Counted from the stretch's first letter, positions 1 through 10,483 are shown. The stretch: DNA of 64,000 nt from an uncultured delta proteobacterium (GCA_963769935.1 CAVYNY010000011.1:579032-643031); one strand, 5' to 3'. A program made the numbers and translations. The notes: a model not told the origin generated them from the letters alone.

Positions 1-69
1 ATCCGCTTTTTTCTTTTTTGCCACAAGGCGTTCGCAAGTCATAAAAATGCAAATCTTCCATCCTCACTT

Positions 70-666
70 CTAATCTTCGTAAAGTTCCGGGTAAAGTTTT
101 CTGGCGCAATCGGGACAGATGCCGTGGCTGAATTCTACCCCTGAATGCCTGGATATATAGGATTCGATGCGGTTCCAGTACCCCTTATCATCACGGATTT
201 TTTTGCATTCCGAACAAATCGGCAGCATTCCCTGAAGCTGTTTTATATGATCCAGGGCTGTCTTTAATTCCGTCATCAAGCGCTGGCGTTCGATGGCGTA
301 GCGAATGGTTCGGATGATGGCCGTGGCGGAAGGCTCCCCTTTAAAAAGATAGTCCTGAGCGCCTTTCCGAACGGCTTCAAAAGCCATAACATGGTCCCTG
401 GCGCCGGTCATGATAATGGTCGGTATTAAGGGATGCTTTTCATGAAAAGAAATATATGAATCAAGGCCGAAACTGTCCGGCAGCGACAGATCGATAATTG
501 CCACATCAATGGTTTGGTTCCCGGCCATCACTATCGCATCCTCAAGCCGGTCCTCGTGCACAATTTCGGCTTCGACTTCTTCAGATGATTCAAGCACCTC
601 CTTCAAAAGGAGAAAGTCATCCACACTATCTTCAATGACTAAAGCCGTGATTTTTTGTTTCATCAT
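70..666 (-). CDS. Response regulator (REC) with C-terminal Cys/His-rich putative metal-binding domain
   Basis: REC motifs (LVIEDSVDD, IIDLSLPD, AQDYLFK) followed by PICSECKKIRDDKGYW...HGICPDC. Start taken at ATG 666. Confidence 0.9.
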   Translation of the reverse strand: MMKQKITALVIEDSVDDFLLLKEVLESSEEVEAEIVHEDRLEDAIVMAGNQTIDVAIIDLSLPDSFGLDSYISFHEKHPLIPTIIMTGARDHVMAFEAVRKGAQDYLFKGEPSATAIIRTIRYAIERQRLMTELKTALDHIKQLQGMLPICSECKKIRDDKGYWNRIESYISRHSGVEFSHGICPDCARKLYPELYED

Positions 667-1118
667 ATTCCAACCCTGCTTGGCAGCTTGACTAATTGAA
701 GCCAAAATCCATCTATTTGTCTGATAATCTCGGTGAATTTTAAAAAATCAACCGGTTTTGAAATGTAACAGTTGGCATGCAATTTATAGGCTTTTAGGAT
801 GTCCTCTTCCGCCTCCGATGTCGTCAACACGACGACGGGAATATCGGTTAGATTCGGATCTTGCCTGATCTCCTTTAATACTTCACGGCCGTCCATTAAT
901 GGAAGGTTCAAGTCTAAAAGCAGCAGGTCCGGCCGTGGTTTAGCGCCATATTCACCCTCACGGCGCAAAAACTTGATAGCGGACATGCCGTCCGAAACCA
1001 CGTGCACCTCCATGTGTACCCTTGAATCCTTCAGAGCCTCCAGAGTCAGCTCGACATCGTCCTCGTTGTCCTCGACCAACAGCACATTGGCTGGTTTGGG
1101 TACCTCTTGGTTGGTCAT
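663..1118 (-). CDS. Single-domain response regulator (Rcp1-like)
   Basis: LLVEDNEDD, LLLDLNLPLMDGREVL, ANCYISKPVDF. Overlaps the next gene by 4 nt. Confidence 0.92.
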   Translation of the reverse strand: MTNQEVPKPANVLLVEDNEDDVELTLEALKDSRVHMEVHVVSDGMSAIKFLRREGEYGAKPRPDLLLLDLNLPLMDGREVLKEIRQDPNLTDIPVVVLTTSEAEEDILKAYKLHANCYISKPVDFLKFTEIIRQIDGFWLQLVKLPSRVGI

Positions 1119-1123
1119 GATAT

Positions 1124-2584
1124 TCACCTTCCCCTGGGTAATGTAAAATGGAAAGTCGATCCGTCTTGTGGTTGGGATTCGACCCAGATCGTCCCACCGT
1201 GTCGTTCGACGATTTTTTTGCAAAGCGCAAGCCCCAGCCCGGTTCCCGGATATTCCCGATCGGTGTGCAGCCGCTGGAACACCATAAAGATTCTATCGTA
1301 AAACTGGGACGCTATGCCGATGCCGTTGTCTTTTACGGAAAATTGATAGGCACTGTCCAGCGCCCGACAGCCGATTTCAACAATAGGTTGGGAACTTTCA
1401 TTATATCTCACGGCATTCATGATCAGATTCTGGAAAAGACTCTGAATCTGGCTGGCGTCGATGGTCAGGGTCGGCAGGTGGGCGCAGGCAATGTTGGTAT
1501 TTTTTTCACGAATGATCGATTGAAGATTATCCAGGACGTCTTTAACAATTTGGTTGAGATCGGCGGACGCGAACGTGGCGCCTTTGGTATTGACTCTGGA
1601 TAAGGTCAATAATTGCCTGATCAAGGTTTGCATCCGCTGTCCTGCTTTCACGGACCGCTCAATATAATGCCGGCCTTTTTCATCGATTTGGTCTTCATAT
1701 CGGCTCTGAAGAAGCTGAAGAAACCCGACAACCGCCCGCAAAGGCTCCTGCAGATCATGCGAAGCCACGTAGGCAAACTGCTCCAGCTCTCGGTTGGATC
1801 TTTCCAGTGCCTCTTGGGACCGCCGCTTGTCGGTGACGTCGTGGAACACGAGCACCGCCCCGATCACCTGTCCGGCGGCATCCAGAATCGGTGCCGCGCT
1901 GTCCTCGACGGGCACGGTGCGGCTGTCTTTGGTCACCAGCGCGGCATGGTTCGCCAGGGCCACCGCGCGGCCCTCGCGCAGAACGCGCGCCACGGGTTCC
2001 TCCAGCGGTTCGCCGGTCTGCTCGTTGATAATGCGAAATACATCCGTCATGGGCCGGCCCATCGCCTCTTCGACCTTCCAGCCGGTCAGAGACTCAGCCA
2101 CAGGATTGACGAAACTGATGCGGCCGGCGCCATCGGTGGCGATCACCGCGTCGCCGATGCTGGTGAGGGTGACCCGCAACCACTCGCGCTGCTCGCGGAG
2201 TTGCCGGTCGGCCTGGTGCTTGTACAGCGCCAGCTCGATCTGGGTTGCCAGTTCCCGTTCCTCGAAGGGCTTGAGGATGTATCCGAAAGGACCGGTAAGC
2301 TTGGCGCGGGCCAGCGTAGCGGCGTCGGAATGGGCTGTCAGGTAGATCACCGGCACGTCATGTCGGCGGCGGATCGTCTGCGCCGCTTCAATGCCGTCCA
2401 TCGCACCCTCCAACTGGATATCCATCAGCACGAGCTTCGGTCTGAGACTGCCGGCCTGCGCGACGGCCTCTGCGCCTGCCGCGGCGATTCCGGCAACCTC
2501 ATAGCCGAGCTGCCGCAGTTTGCCGGCCAGGTCCGCGGCCACGATGGCCTCGTCTTCAACAATAAGTATGGTGGTCTGGCTCAT
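1124..2584 (-). CDS. Hybrid sensor histidine kinase (REC-PAS-HisKA-HATPase)
   Basis: N-terminal REC (VEDEAIVA), PAS (IGDAVIATD...FVNP), H-box FAYVASHDLQEPLR, G boxes DNGIGI and GTGLGL. Confidence 0.93.
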   Translation of the reverse strand: MSQTTILIVEDEAIVAADLAGKLRQLGYEVAGIAAAGAEAVAQAGSLRPKLVLMDIQLEGAMDGIEAAQTIRRRHDVPVIYLTAHSDAATLARAKLTGPFGYILKPFEERELATQIELALYKHQADRQLREQREWLRVTLTSIGDAVIATDGAGRISFVNPVAESLTGWKVEEAMGRPMTDVFRIINEQTGEPLEEPVARVLREGRAVALANHAALVTKDSRTVPVEDSAAPILDAAGQVIGAVLVFHDVTDKRRSQEALERSNRELEQFAYVASHDLQEPLRAVVGFLQLLQSRYEDQIDEKGRHYIERSVKAGQRMQTLIRQLLTLSRVNTKGATFASADLNQIVKDVLDNLQSIIREKNTNIACAHLPTLTIDASQIQSLFQNLIMNAVRYNESSQPIVEIGCRALDSAYQFSVKDNGIGIASQFYDRIFMVFQRLHTDREYPGTGLGLALCKKIVERHGGTIWVESQPQDGSTFHFTLPRGR

Positions 2585-3138
2585 GTTTCCGCTCCCCCGA
2601 ATTGGATCTGCTGCCAATCGAACATGGGAACCGGCTTGCCGGTCATAGTCGTTGTCTTTTCCGTATACTCGAAGAACAGATCGTTGGTGCTCAGGCCGGC
2701 GTTTACCATCACCGCCGGAAAGGCAGGATTGAACTTCTGATAAGCGGGCAGCGAATATCCGAACGAGCACAGCACCAGGATCCGCTTCGGAGTGGCGGGC
2801 GTTCGGCCGGCGGGGCGGTTTTGGGCAAGGACCGCCCGGGAATCATGTGCCAGGGCGCCCAAGATCAGAAAAAAAAGGAAGATGACAAATTGCGGGCTCC
2901 GGATGCCCGGCCGGAGGCGGCCATTCTGCTGTTCCGGATTGGGTTGCTCTCCAGGCCCGGAAAACCGCGGCTCGTTTTCCGGCAGCCCCTTGGATTTCAG
3001 ACGGGTGCGCTCATGAGACAAGGCCCGGTGCGGCAGCTCTTCGGAAGCCGGTTTGATTCGCAATCCTGCCGGTTGCTGAGTCTGTTGTTCGCGGGATTTA
3101 TTCGCATCGAATGGATAGATGGAAAGATCTATGGGCAT
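2581..3138 (-). pseudogene. Remnant of a periplasmic ABC-substrate-binding-like sensor domain (internally deleted)
   Basis: Signal/TM segment, then KRILVLCSFGYSLP...FFEY joined directly to PMFDWQQI. These resemble the start and end motifs of a normally much longer sensor domain. Confidence 0.45.
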
Positions 3139-3406
3139 ATTCCGAATTATCTTTTAGAATTTTTGTCTCAAAGGTACCATAATTATTTTAAAATGAAAAG
3201 GTCTTTGAGAATCGGATGCCTTGAAATACAGCTTTATTCAGATGCCGGGGAACGAACCCGAATCGTAGATAGAGTAAAGAATCCTGGCCCAGCTTCCTGC
3301 CCCGCTTCCAGCCCGTAGGGCTTACAGGCCGGAGGGTAGGCCTACAGCCCGGCTTCCGGGTCGCAGAGCCTACAGCTCGGAGAGAGGGAGTGCCAGGCCT
3401 TCGATA

Positions 3407-5023
3407 TTAAAACAAGGGATGCTGGGGGGCGTTTTCCACTTTTCCGGTTTGCATGTAATTGGATATGATGCCTTTTTTATATGCTTGATCGAATGCCGCC
3501 ACAATGTCCGGATCAAACTGCGTGCCGGAACCTTCATGGATCACCTTGAGAATAATTCTTTCTTCCATGCGTTTGCGGTAGGCTCGATCCGATGCCATGG
3601 CATCATAGACATCGGCCACCGACAGGATACGGGCCAGAAAGGGGATCTGTTTTGCTTTTAAACCATCCGGATATCCGGTCCCATCGAAGCGTTCATGATG
3701 GCACCGGATAATCTGCCTTTCTTTTTCCCACATGCCCAGCTGTTCCAGGATATTGGCGCCGATTGCCGGATGTTCTTTGATTTTTTCAAATTCCTCCTGG
3801 GTCAGCCGACCCGGTTTCAGCAGTATGTCGTCCCGGATGCCGATCTTGCCGATATCGTGAAGGTGACCGGCAAAATTCAGAATATCCAGTTCTTCTCCCG
3901 TGCACCCCAGCTGTCGACCGATGATCAGCGATATGCCGGTTACCCGGCTGGAATGCTGTCGGGTATAGAGATCCCGGGCCTCAACGGCATTGACGAATGC
4001 ATACAGGGTCGCGAACAGATTTTCATAAATATTTTCATATAGGGCCAGGTTCTCAATCGATTGGGCCGCGCTCTGAGCCATAAAGGCAAGATAATAAAGG
4101 TCTTTTTCGCTGAAACGGACCATGCCTCCCAGAATACCGGCCGTCAAAACACCGAAAACTTTTTCGCGGATTTTCAGCGGCACGAGCATTACGGAAAGCA
4201 CATCTTTCGGCAGCCCGCGGGCTCCGTTATTTTGCGAAACCAGCAGCGGTATCTCGTCGGATACGACCTCCATAATCAGGTGGACCAGCGATGACGGATC
4301 GACGGAAGGCACTGCGGCGGCCCGGTTTTGACCGTGCAAGCAGTCGGCCGGGGGTTGCTTTGTATCTTGTTGAACCCGCTGGACAATGGCTGAAGCCACT
4401 TCAAAGGGCTGTTTGACGGATTCGTTGATGACATAAAAATTGGTGAAATCGGCATGACTGATATCAAGGGCCAGATCGACGGCACGTTTAAAGACATCGG
4501 CGGCGGAAACAATGCTGGTAAACTTGCTCATTATTTTGTTTAAAATATTGAGTTCTTCTACCTTATAGATTAATTCCTGGTTGAGCAGTTCGAGGCGCTC
4601 CTTGCCCCGAACCTCCTCTTTTAAAAGAACGTTTTCGATAAAAAGTCCGCGTTGCCGCAAAACACGCTGCATACACAGTTCCATCTGCTTGAGATTGACC
4701 GGTTTGATTAAAAAATCAACGACGCCGTTTTTTATGGTCTGAATCGTATTTTCCAGGGATGGGTACCCGGTCATGACGATGACCGGCATGGTGTTGTCGT
4801 GCAGCCTGATATTTTCAGCCAGATCGAGCCCATTCATGACCGGCATATTGATATCGGTGAAACAGCAGTCCACCTTTTCATGCTCAATTATTCTCATGGC
4901 CTCCGCACCGTTGCCGGCGGTGAGGATTCGGTAGCCCTGTCGCTTGAAAAATTCAGTGACGACTTTCAGGATACTCTCTTCATCATCCACAAAGAGAATC
5001 GTTTCTTTTTTTCGATCATCCAT
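3407..5023 (-). CDS. REC-GAF-HD-GYP c-di-GMP phosphodiesterase response regulator
   Basis: REC (LFVDDEE, TDINMP), central GAF-like region, HDIGKIG and HHERFDGTGYPDGL motifs. Confidence 0.92.
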   Translation of the reverse strand: MDDRKKETILFVDDEESILKVVTEFFKRQGYRILTAGNGAEAMRIIEHEKVDCCFTDINMPVMNGLDLAENIRLHDNTMPVIVMTGYPSLENTIQTIKNGVVDFLIKPVNLKQMELCMQRVLRQRGLFIENVLLKEEVRGKERLELLNQELIYKVEELNILNKIMSKFTSIVSAADVFKRAVDLALDISHADFTNFYVINESVKQPFEVASAIVQRVQQDTKQPPADCLHGQNRAAAVPSVDPSSLVHLIMEVVSDEIPLLVSQNNGARGLPKDVLSVMLVPLKIREKVFGVLTAGILGGMVRFSEKDLYYLAFMAQSAAQSIENLALYENIYENLFATLYAFVNAVEARDLYTRQHSSRVTGISLIIGRQLGCTGEELDILNFAGHLHDIGKIGIRDDILLKPGRLTQEEFEKIKEHPAIGANILEQLGMWEKERQIIRCHHERFDGTGYPDGLKAKQIPFLARILSVADVYDAMASDRAYRKRMEERIILKVIHEGSGTQFDPDIVAAFDQAYKKGIISNYMQTGKVENAPQHPLF

Positions 5024-5254
5024 GGTATTTGTTCGGCAGATATTGAGGGTCTGAAAACCTTTAAGGATGATATCGCCAGATTAGGACAAAACTTTAGCAG
5101 GATAGCAACTTTTTCAATGCGCTGATTGCCGCTGCAAGATTATGACGGGATTGAAAAAGAACTTGACGAAAGACGGCAAATTTCTTTATTTGTTGCGCGG
5201 ATCCGCCGTGACGAAAAAATTCTTTACAACTACGGTTGGGTCTCTTTTTAATAT

Positions 5255-5478
5255 TACAAATTCCAAGCACCAAAAAACAAAAATCAAACAATATCCAAAT
5301 TCCAAGCTCCAATGACCCAAACAGCTTTTAACCTGCGGCAAAGGTATTCCTTCGGTCTGAAACCAGGCAGAAGAAACAGCCGAATCGACCTGATTCAATG
5401 AGATCGGAGATTTGTTTCGAATTTGAGGTTTGTGATTTGAGATTTATTTGTAATTTGTGATTTGAGATTTGGAATTTA
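5255..5478. repeat. Inverted-repeat intergenic element (aaattccaa...ttggaattt family)
   Basis: The left arm aaattccaagcaccaaaaaacaaaaatcaaac is imperfectly complementary to the right arm gatttatttgtaatttgtgatttgagatttggaattt. A related copy lies at ~26562-26895. Confidence 0.7.
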
Positions 5479-5574
5479 TAAGAAAACATTTGAAAGAAAG
5501 CATTATTAGGTCAATCCTCGTTCCGCGTTTTGTAATTTAATTGTAGGTCAAGACACTATGGGAAGAATCCTATT

Positions 5575-6825
5575 ATGCCGGCCAATCTGCGCCCTTTAAA
5601 AATCTGCCTCTTAAGCTACCGCAGCAATCCCCACTGCGGCGGACAGGGGGTATACCTTAAAAATCTTAGCCGGGCGCTTAAGGACCTCGGTCATATGGTC
5701 GAGGTGATCTCCGGTCCGCCGGATCCGCAGCTGGATGACGATATCCCGTTATATCAATTGCCGGGTCTGGATCTTTACAACCCGCAGGATCCGTTTAGAG
5801 TTCCCGCATTCAGCGAGCTTATGGATCCGGTCAATCTCCTCGAATGGATCGGTGTATCGACGATGGGTTTTCCCGAGCCCTTCACCTTCGGGCTCAGGGC
5901 GTATCATTTTGTAAAACCCCGGCTGCGAACCTATGACATCGTGCACGACAATCAGAGCCTATCCTACGGTATCTGGGCGATGAATAAGAAGGTGCCGACC
6001 ATTGCCACCATCCATCATCCCGTGACCGTGGACCGCAAATTGGCCATTCAATCCGAATCGGCTACCTTGAAAAAAATGAAACAGTGGCGCTGGTATTCTT
6101 TTATCGGCATGCAGAAACGGGTTGCCAGGTCCCTGAGCCGGATTATCACCGTCTCCAAGTCGGCCAAAAAAGATATCAGCCGGGATTTTGGCATACCAGG
6201 ACGAAAATTTCTCATCGTTCCCAACGGCATCAATACCAATTTATTTTATCCCATCCCTGAAATCGAAAGAGAAAAAAATCGGGTTATCGTAACCAACAGC
6301 GCGGATACGCCGTTAAAAGGGCTCTTTTATCTTTTCAAAGCGGTGGCCGAACTGGCGCGAACCCAAGACATCAATGTCACCGTGATTGGAACCCCCAAAA
6401 AAGACGGCCCTATTGTAAAATTAATCCGGGAACTGGGCATCGGTCATCGCATCCGGTTCACCGGCCGGATCGACAATGGAGAATTCGTGCAGCACTATGC
6501 CCGGGCAACGGTGGCGGTGGTGCCGTCGGTCTATGAAGGATTCGGTCTGCCGGTAGGTGAGGCCATGGCCTGCGGTGTTCCGGTCATCAGCACCACCGGC
6601 GGCGCCCTGCCGGAAGTGGCGGGGGATGCCGCGATTCTGGTACCGCCGGCCGATCCCATGGCCCTGGTCCGAGCCGTGCGGGAGGTGCTGGAAAATCCTG
6701 CGCGCGCCAAGGAACTGGGTATGGCCGGATATCAGCGGGTTCAGGCCAATTTTACCTGGCAAAAAGCCGCTGAAAAAACCATCGACGCCTACCGTGAGGT
6801 CATCCGTGATTACCGTCGATTTTAG
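5575..6825 (+). CDS. Glycosyltransferase family 4 (GT-B)
   Basis: SYRSNPHCGGQGVY N-terminal motif and PSVYEGFGLPVGEAMACG (EX7E) motif. Confidence 0.92.
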   Translation: MPANLRPLKICLLSYRSNPHCGGQGVYLKNLSRALKDLGHMVEVISGPPDPQLDDDIPLYQLPGLDLYNPQDPFRVPAFSELMDPVNLLEWIGVSTMGFPEPFTFGLRAYHFVKPRLRTYDIVHDNQSLSYGIWAMNKKVPTIATIHHPVTVDRKLAIQSESATLKKMKQWRWYSFIGMQKRVARSLSRIITVSKSAKKDISRDFGIPGRKFLIVPNGINTNLFYPIPEIEREKNRVIVTNSADTPLKGLFYLFKAVAELARTQDINVTVIGTPKKDGPIVKLIRELGIGHRIRFTGRIDNGEFVQHYARATVAVVPSVYEGFGLPVGEAMACGVPVISTTGGALPEVAGDAAILVPPADPMALVRAVREVLENPARAKELGMAGYQRVQANFTWQKAAEKTIDAYREVIRDYRRF

Positions 6826-7569
6826 CCGGCTGACGATTAAACCCGGCTTCAAAATCCTGGACATCGGATGCGGATCCGGCACGGCATACCGCGCCGCATA
6901 TCGATTAAAAAAGGTGATCGCCGTCGGCGCCGATCTCAAATTCGAAGATCTGACCGAAGCCGCCGAACGACTTAAACTGCACGATCGTCTGGGCGAACAC
7001 GGGGGCGGCATCTGGGGCCTTGCGGCGGCGGATGTGGTCTGCCTGCCGTTTAGAGATGACTGGTTCGATCTTGTCATCTGCTCGGAAGTCCTGGAGCATA
7101 TCGGGGATTATTTACGGGCCATGCGGGAGATTGTCAGAGTATTGAAACCGGGCTGCAACCTGGTCGTCAGCGTCCCCCGCTACTGGCCGGAACGCATCTG
7201 CTGGGCGCTGTCGGAAGACTTACCATACGGCTGAAGGCGGACACGTCCGCATCTTCAAACTAAGAGCAATTAACAGCCGACCTTCAAAACGCCGGGGTCA
7301 GGCGGTGGCGCCGGCACTATGCCCACAGTCTGCATACTCCGTTTTGGTGGTTGAAATGTCTGGTGGGGCCGGAGCGCGAAGATTTACTGCCGGTCAGGCT
7401 GTATCATCGTTTTCTGACCTGGGAAATCATGCAGCAGCCGGCCCTGCCCCGCTATTTGGATCGGTTGCTCAATCCCCTCTTAGGAAAAAGCACAGTGGTT
7501 TATTTGAGAAAGGTAAAGGGGGTTGCGGGTTCAAAGGTTCAGAGTTCCGGGTTTAGAAGATCACAATAA
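6806..7569 (+). CDS. Class I SAM-dependent methyltransferase (frameshifted near 7220-7262, probably sequence error)
   Basis: GTG at 6806 overlaps the GT4 stop. Motifs ILDIGCGSG and FDLVICSEVLEHI. Continues in other frames as YHTAEGGHVRIF...HSLHTPFWWLKC...GKSTVVY. Confidence 0.8.
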
Positions 7570-7654
7570 AATTTACCTCGGCAAGACACGGAAGAAGACC
7601 GAGCCCTTAAAACAGACAGAATGCCTTAATTTGTCAATCGTCATTTGTCATTCG

Positions 7655-8281
7655 TCATTCCTTCGCCCGCCGCCGCAGCACCCCCAGCGTCTTGACCATG
7701 GTCAATTCCTGAAACAGACCCGAAGCTTGGGCCAGATTGTAGACACGGTAAGGCGCCTGTCCGCCCTTGGCCGGGTCCGGAAAGATATCATGAATCAGCA
7801 GATAACCGCCGGCGGCGATGTGTCCGGCCCAGGAACTGTAGTCGGTGAACACGGTTTCAAGGGCATGCCCGCCGTCGATAAATACCAGGCTGAGAGGAGT
7901 AGACCAATGCCGGGCGGCGACTTCGGATCGACAGACGATGGGGACCACCGTATCTTCATAACCGGCGGACTCGATGGTTCTTCTGAACTCCCTGAAGGTA
8001 TCTACGCGACCGCTGCGGGGATCATACAGATCGGGATCAAAGTATTCTTCTCCGGGCTGCTGCTCTTCGGAACCTCTGTGATGATCGACGGAAAACAAGA
8101 TGCTGCCGCATTTTTTGCAGGCCGCCGCCAGATACAGCATTGACTTGCCGCAGTAGCTTCCGATCTCCAGGCAAGGTCCCAACCGGCCGGCCGCCAGCGC
8201 CGTTTCATACAGGCACTCGCCTTCGTCCGGGTCGAGAAATCCCTTGACGCCGGCTATGAGATTTTGATCGATGTCCATCAT
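7655..8281 (-). CDS. Class I SAM-dependent methyltransferase (Methyltransf_24-like)
   Basis: KGFL, LEIGSYCGKS, VDHHRGSEEQQPG, FIDGGH motifs. Confidence 0.88.
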   Translation of the reverse strand: MMDIDQNLIAGVKGFLDPDEGECLYETALAAGRLGPCLEIGSYCGKSMLYLAAACKKCGSILFSVDHHRGSEEQQPGEEYFDPDLYDPRSGRVDTFREFRRTIESAGYEDTVVPIVCRSEVAARHWSTPLSLVFIDGGHALETVFTDYSSWAGHIAAGGYLLIHDIFPDPAKGGQAPYRVYNLAQASGLFQELTMVKTLGVLRRRAKE

Positions 8282-8334
8282 TAGTTTCGATATAAGCCCT
8301 CCACCTCTGGTGAAGGGCTTATATCGAAACTAAT
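8280..8334. promoter_or_regulatory. 21-bp perfect stem-loop between ftsK and the methyltransferase
   Basis: attagtttcgatataagccct-(13 nt)-agggcttatatcgaaactaat. Confidence 0.6.
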
Positions 8335-10483
8335 CAAACGTTTTCGGCTCATAGCTTCTTACCAGGACCTCCCGGGGTTTGACGCCGTCCGAGGGGCCGA
8401 CGACCCCCTCTTTTTCCATGACCTCGATGATGCGGGCCGCCCGGTTGTAGCCGATACGCAGATGACGCTGGATCATGGAAATAGACGCCTGCCCGGATTT
8501 TGTAATCAGGGCCACCGCATCATCATAGCGCTCGTCATATTCCTGCTCTTCGGATGTTCCAGCTTCAACAGCTGCCGCTTCGGTGACCTGTTCGTCATAC
8601 TCGGGCTTCGCCTGGGCCCGCAGGAATTTTGTGACCCGGACCAGTTCATCCTCGGAAATGTAGGCACCGTGAATCCGCTGCAATTTGGCTGTACCCGGCG
8701 GCAAAAACAACATGTCGCCGCTGCCTAGCAGGTTTTCAGCCCCGTTGGTGTCGATGATGGTTCTCGAATCGGTCTTGGATGAAACCTGGAAGGTTAAACG
8801 GGTCGGAAAATTGGCCTTGATAATGCCGGTCAACACATCCACGGAAGGACGCTGGGTGGCAAGAATAAGATGAATGCCGGCCGCCCGCGCCATCTGGGCC
8901 AGACGGGTCAAGGTGACCTCAACATCCCGTGAGGCCAACATCATCAGATCGGCGAGCTCATCAATAATGATAACGATGTAGGGCAGTTTTTCGACGCCGT
9001 CTTGTGGGTCCGGCCTTTCTATCTTTTCAAGCTTGCTGTTGTACTGTTTGATATTGCGGGCATTATTCTTCGACAGCAGCTCATAGCGTCTTTCCATCTC
9101 CCGCACCGCCCAGTAAAGGGCATTGGTTGCTTTTTTAGGGTCCATGACCACCGGTGTAATCAAGTGGGGAATTCCGTCATAGCTGGAAAGCTCGATTCGT
9201 TTGGGATCGACCATGATAAGCTTGACTTCATCGGGGGTGGCCTTAAACAACAGACTGCATATCATCGCATTCAAGGCGACGCTCTTGCCGGTTCCGGTCG
9301 CACCGGCAATCAGCAAATGGGGCATCTTCTCCAGCTCTGCCACAACGGGATTTCCGACAATATCTTTGCCCAGACAGATCGTCAATTTGGACTTGGATTT
9401 ATCAAACTCGGGGGAGGCCACAATTTCCTTGAACCGCACCATCTCGCGGGTGCTGTTGGGGACCTCGACGCCGACCACGGCCTTTCCCGGAATCGGCGCG
9501 ACGATCCGGATGGATGAAGCCCGCAGGGCCAGCGATAAGTCATCGGATAAATTGACGATCTTATTAATCTTCACACCGGCGGCAGGTTCATACTCAAAGG
9601 TGGTGATCACCGGCCCGGGCGATATGGCCACCACTTTGCCGTGAACGCCGAAATCTTCAAGCTTCTTTTCGAGCAATTGCGATTGCATGCGCAAATTTTG
9701 ACTGTCGGAAGAAATGGGCGATTCTTCCGGATCTTCAAGTAAACTGAAGGGAGGGACCTGATACCCCTTGCCGCTTCTCATAAAATCGAATACTTCCTGC
9801 TTGGGGGGCGGGAGGGCCTTGATCGGTTTAGGCAGCGCTTTTTTGATTTGGATCTCCTGAGATCTTTTGACCATAATATCCGTGTCAATTCGGGAACGCT
9901 TTTTGGCCTTTTCCTTGCGCTCCCTGCGTTTCAGATAGAAAGTCCCGAGGTGGTCGCCGAGTACATTCATCCATCTTAAGAAGCGCTTGCCGAAAGCGAT
10001 CAGGGAGAATCCGGTCGCCAGAATAAACCCGATAACCCACGTCAGAATTAAAATAATCCCGGCGCCGGTGTAGTTGGTATACCTTATCAGAAAGGCTTTG
10101 AACGGAATTCCGACAATGCCGCCGGCTGAAAATTTTTGGCTGAACAATATGAAATAATTTTGCTTGACCGAAAGCAGGCTCCCGGTAATGACCACCAGGA
10201 TGACACCGCCGACCAGCGTTGAAATCATGGCCCGGTTGGGATGGTTGCCGAAAAAATGGATGCTTGCCAGCAGCAGCAAAACCGGTATCCAGAATGCTCC
10301 CATCCCGAACAGGCCGATCAGCAATCCGGCTACGTGGGCGCCGACAACACCGAACAGATTGTGTATTTGCCCCGCGGCTCTGGCATTGTTGATGGATGGA
10401 TCACCCGAGCTGAAGGACAAAAGGCTGATCAGCGTAAAGATGACAAGAAAAAAAAGAATGATACCGGAGATTTCTTTGCGCAT
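8330..10483 (-). CDS. ftsK: DNA translocase FtsK
   Basis: N-terminal TM domain, Walker A GATGTGKS, IIIDELADLM, ATQRPSVDV, gamma domain ASISMIQRHLRIGYNRAARI. Confidence 0.97.
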   Translation of the reverse strand: MRKEISGIILFFLVIFTLISLLSFSSGDPSINNARAAGQIHNLFGVVGAHVAGLLIGLFGMGAFWIPVLLLLASIHFFGNHPNRAMISTLVGGVILVVITGSLLSVKQNYFILFSQKFSAGGIVGIPFKAFLIRYTNYTGAGIILILTWVIGFILATGFSLIAFGKRFLRWMNVLGDHLGTFYLKRRERKEKAKKRSRIDTDIMVKRSQEIQIKKALPKPIKALPPPKQEVFDFMRSGKGYQVPPFSLLEDPEESPISSDSQNLRMQSQLLEKKLEDFGVHGKVVAISPGPVITTFEYEPAAGVKINKIVNLSDDLSLALRASSIRIVAPIPGKAVVGVEVPNSTREMVRFKEIVASPEFDKSKSKLTICLGKDIVGNPVVAELEKMPHLLIAGATGTGKSVALNAMICSLLFKATPDEVKLIMVDPKRIELSSYDGIPHLITPVVMDPKKATNALYWAVREMERRYELLSKNNARNIKQYNSKLEKIERPDPQDGVEKLPYIVIIIDELADLMMLASRDVEVTLTRLAQMARAAGIHLILATQRPSVDVLTGIIKANFPTRLTFQVSSKTDSRTIIDTNGAENLLGSGDMLFLPPGTAKLQRIHGAYISEDELVRVTKFLRAQAKPEYDEQVTEAAAVEAGTSEEQEYDERYDDAVALITKSGQASISMIQRHLRIGYNRAARIIEVMEKEGVVGPSDGVKPREVLVRSYEPKTFD

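Noticed and set aside
1613..2740. Long antisense ORFs (e.g. 1613-2740, 10670-11854, 36548-37453)
   Set aside because: They are shadow frames opposite well-supported genes and have no recognisable motifs.
7232..7234. Second selenocysteine TGA (also TGA at 52963-52965)
   Set aside because: These stops follow frameshifts, the protein continues in another frame, and there is no redox-motif context.
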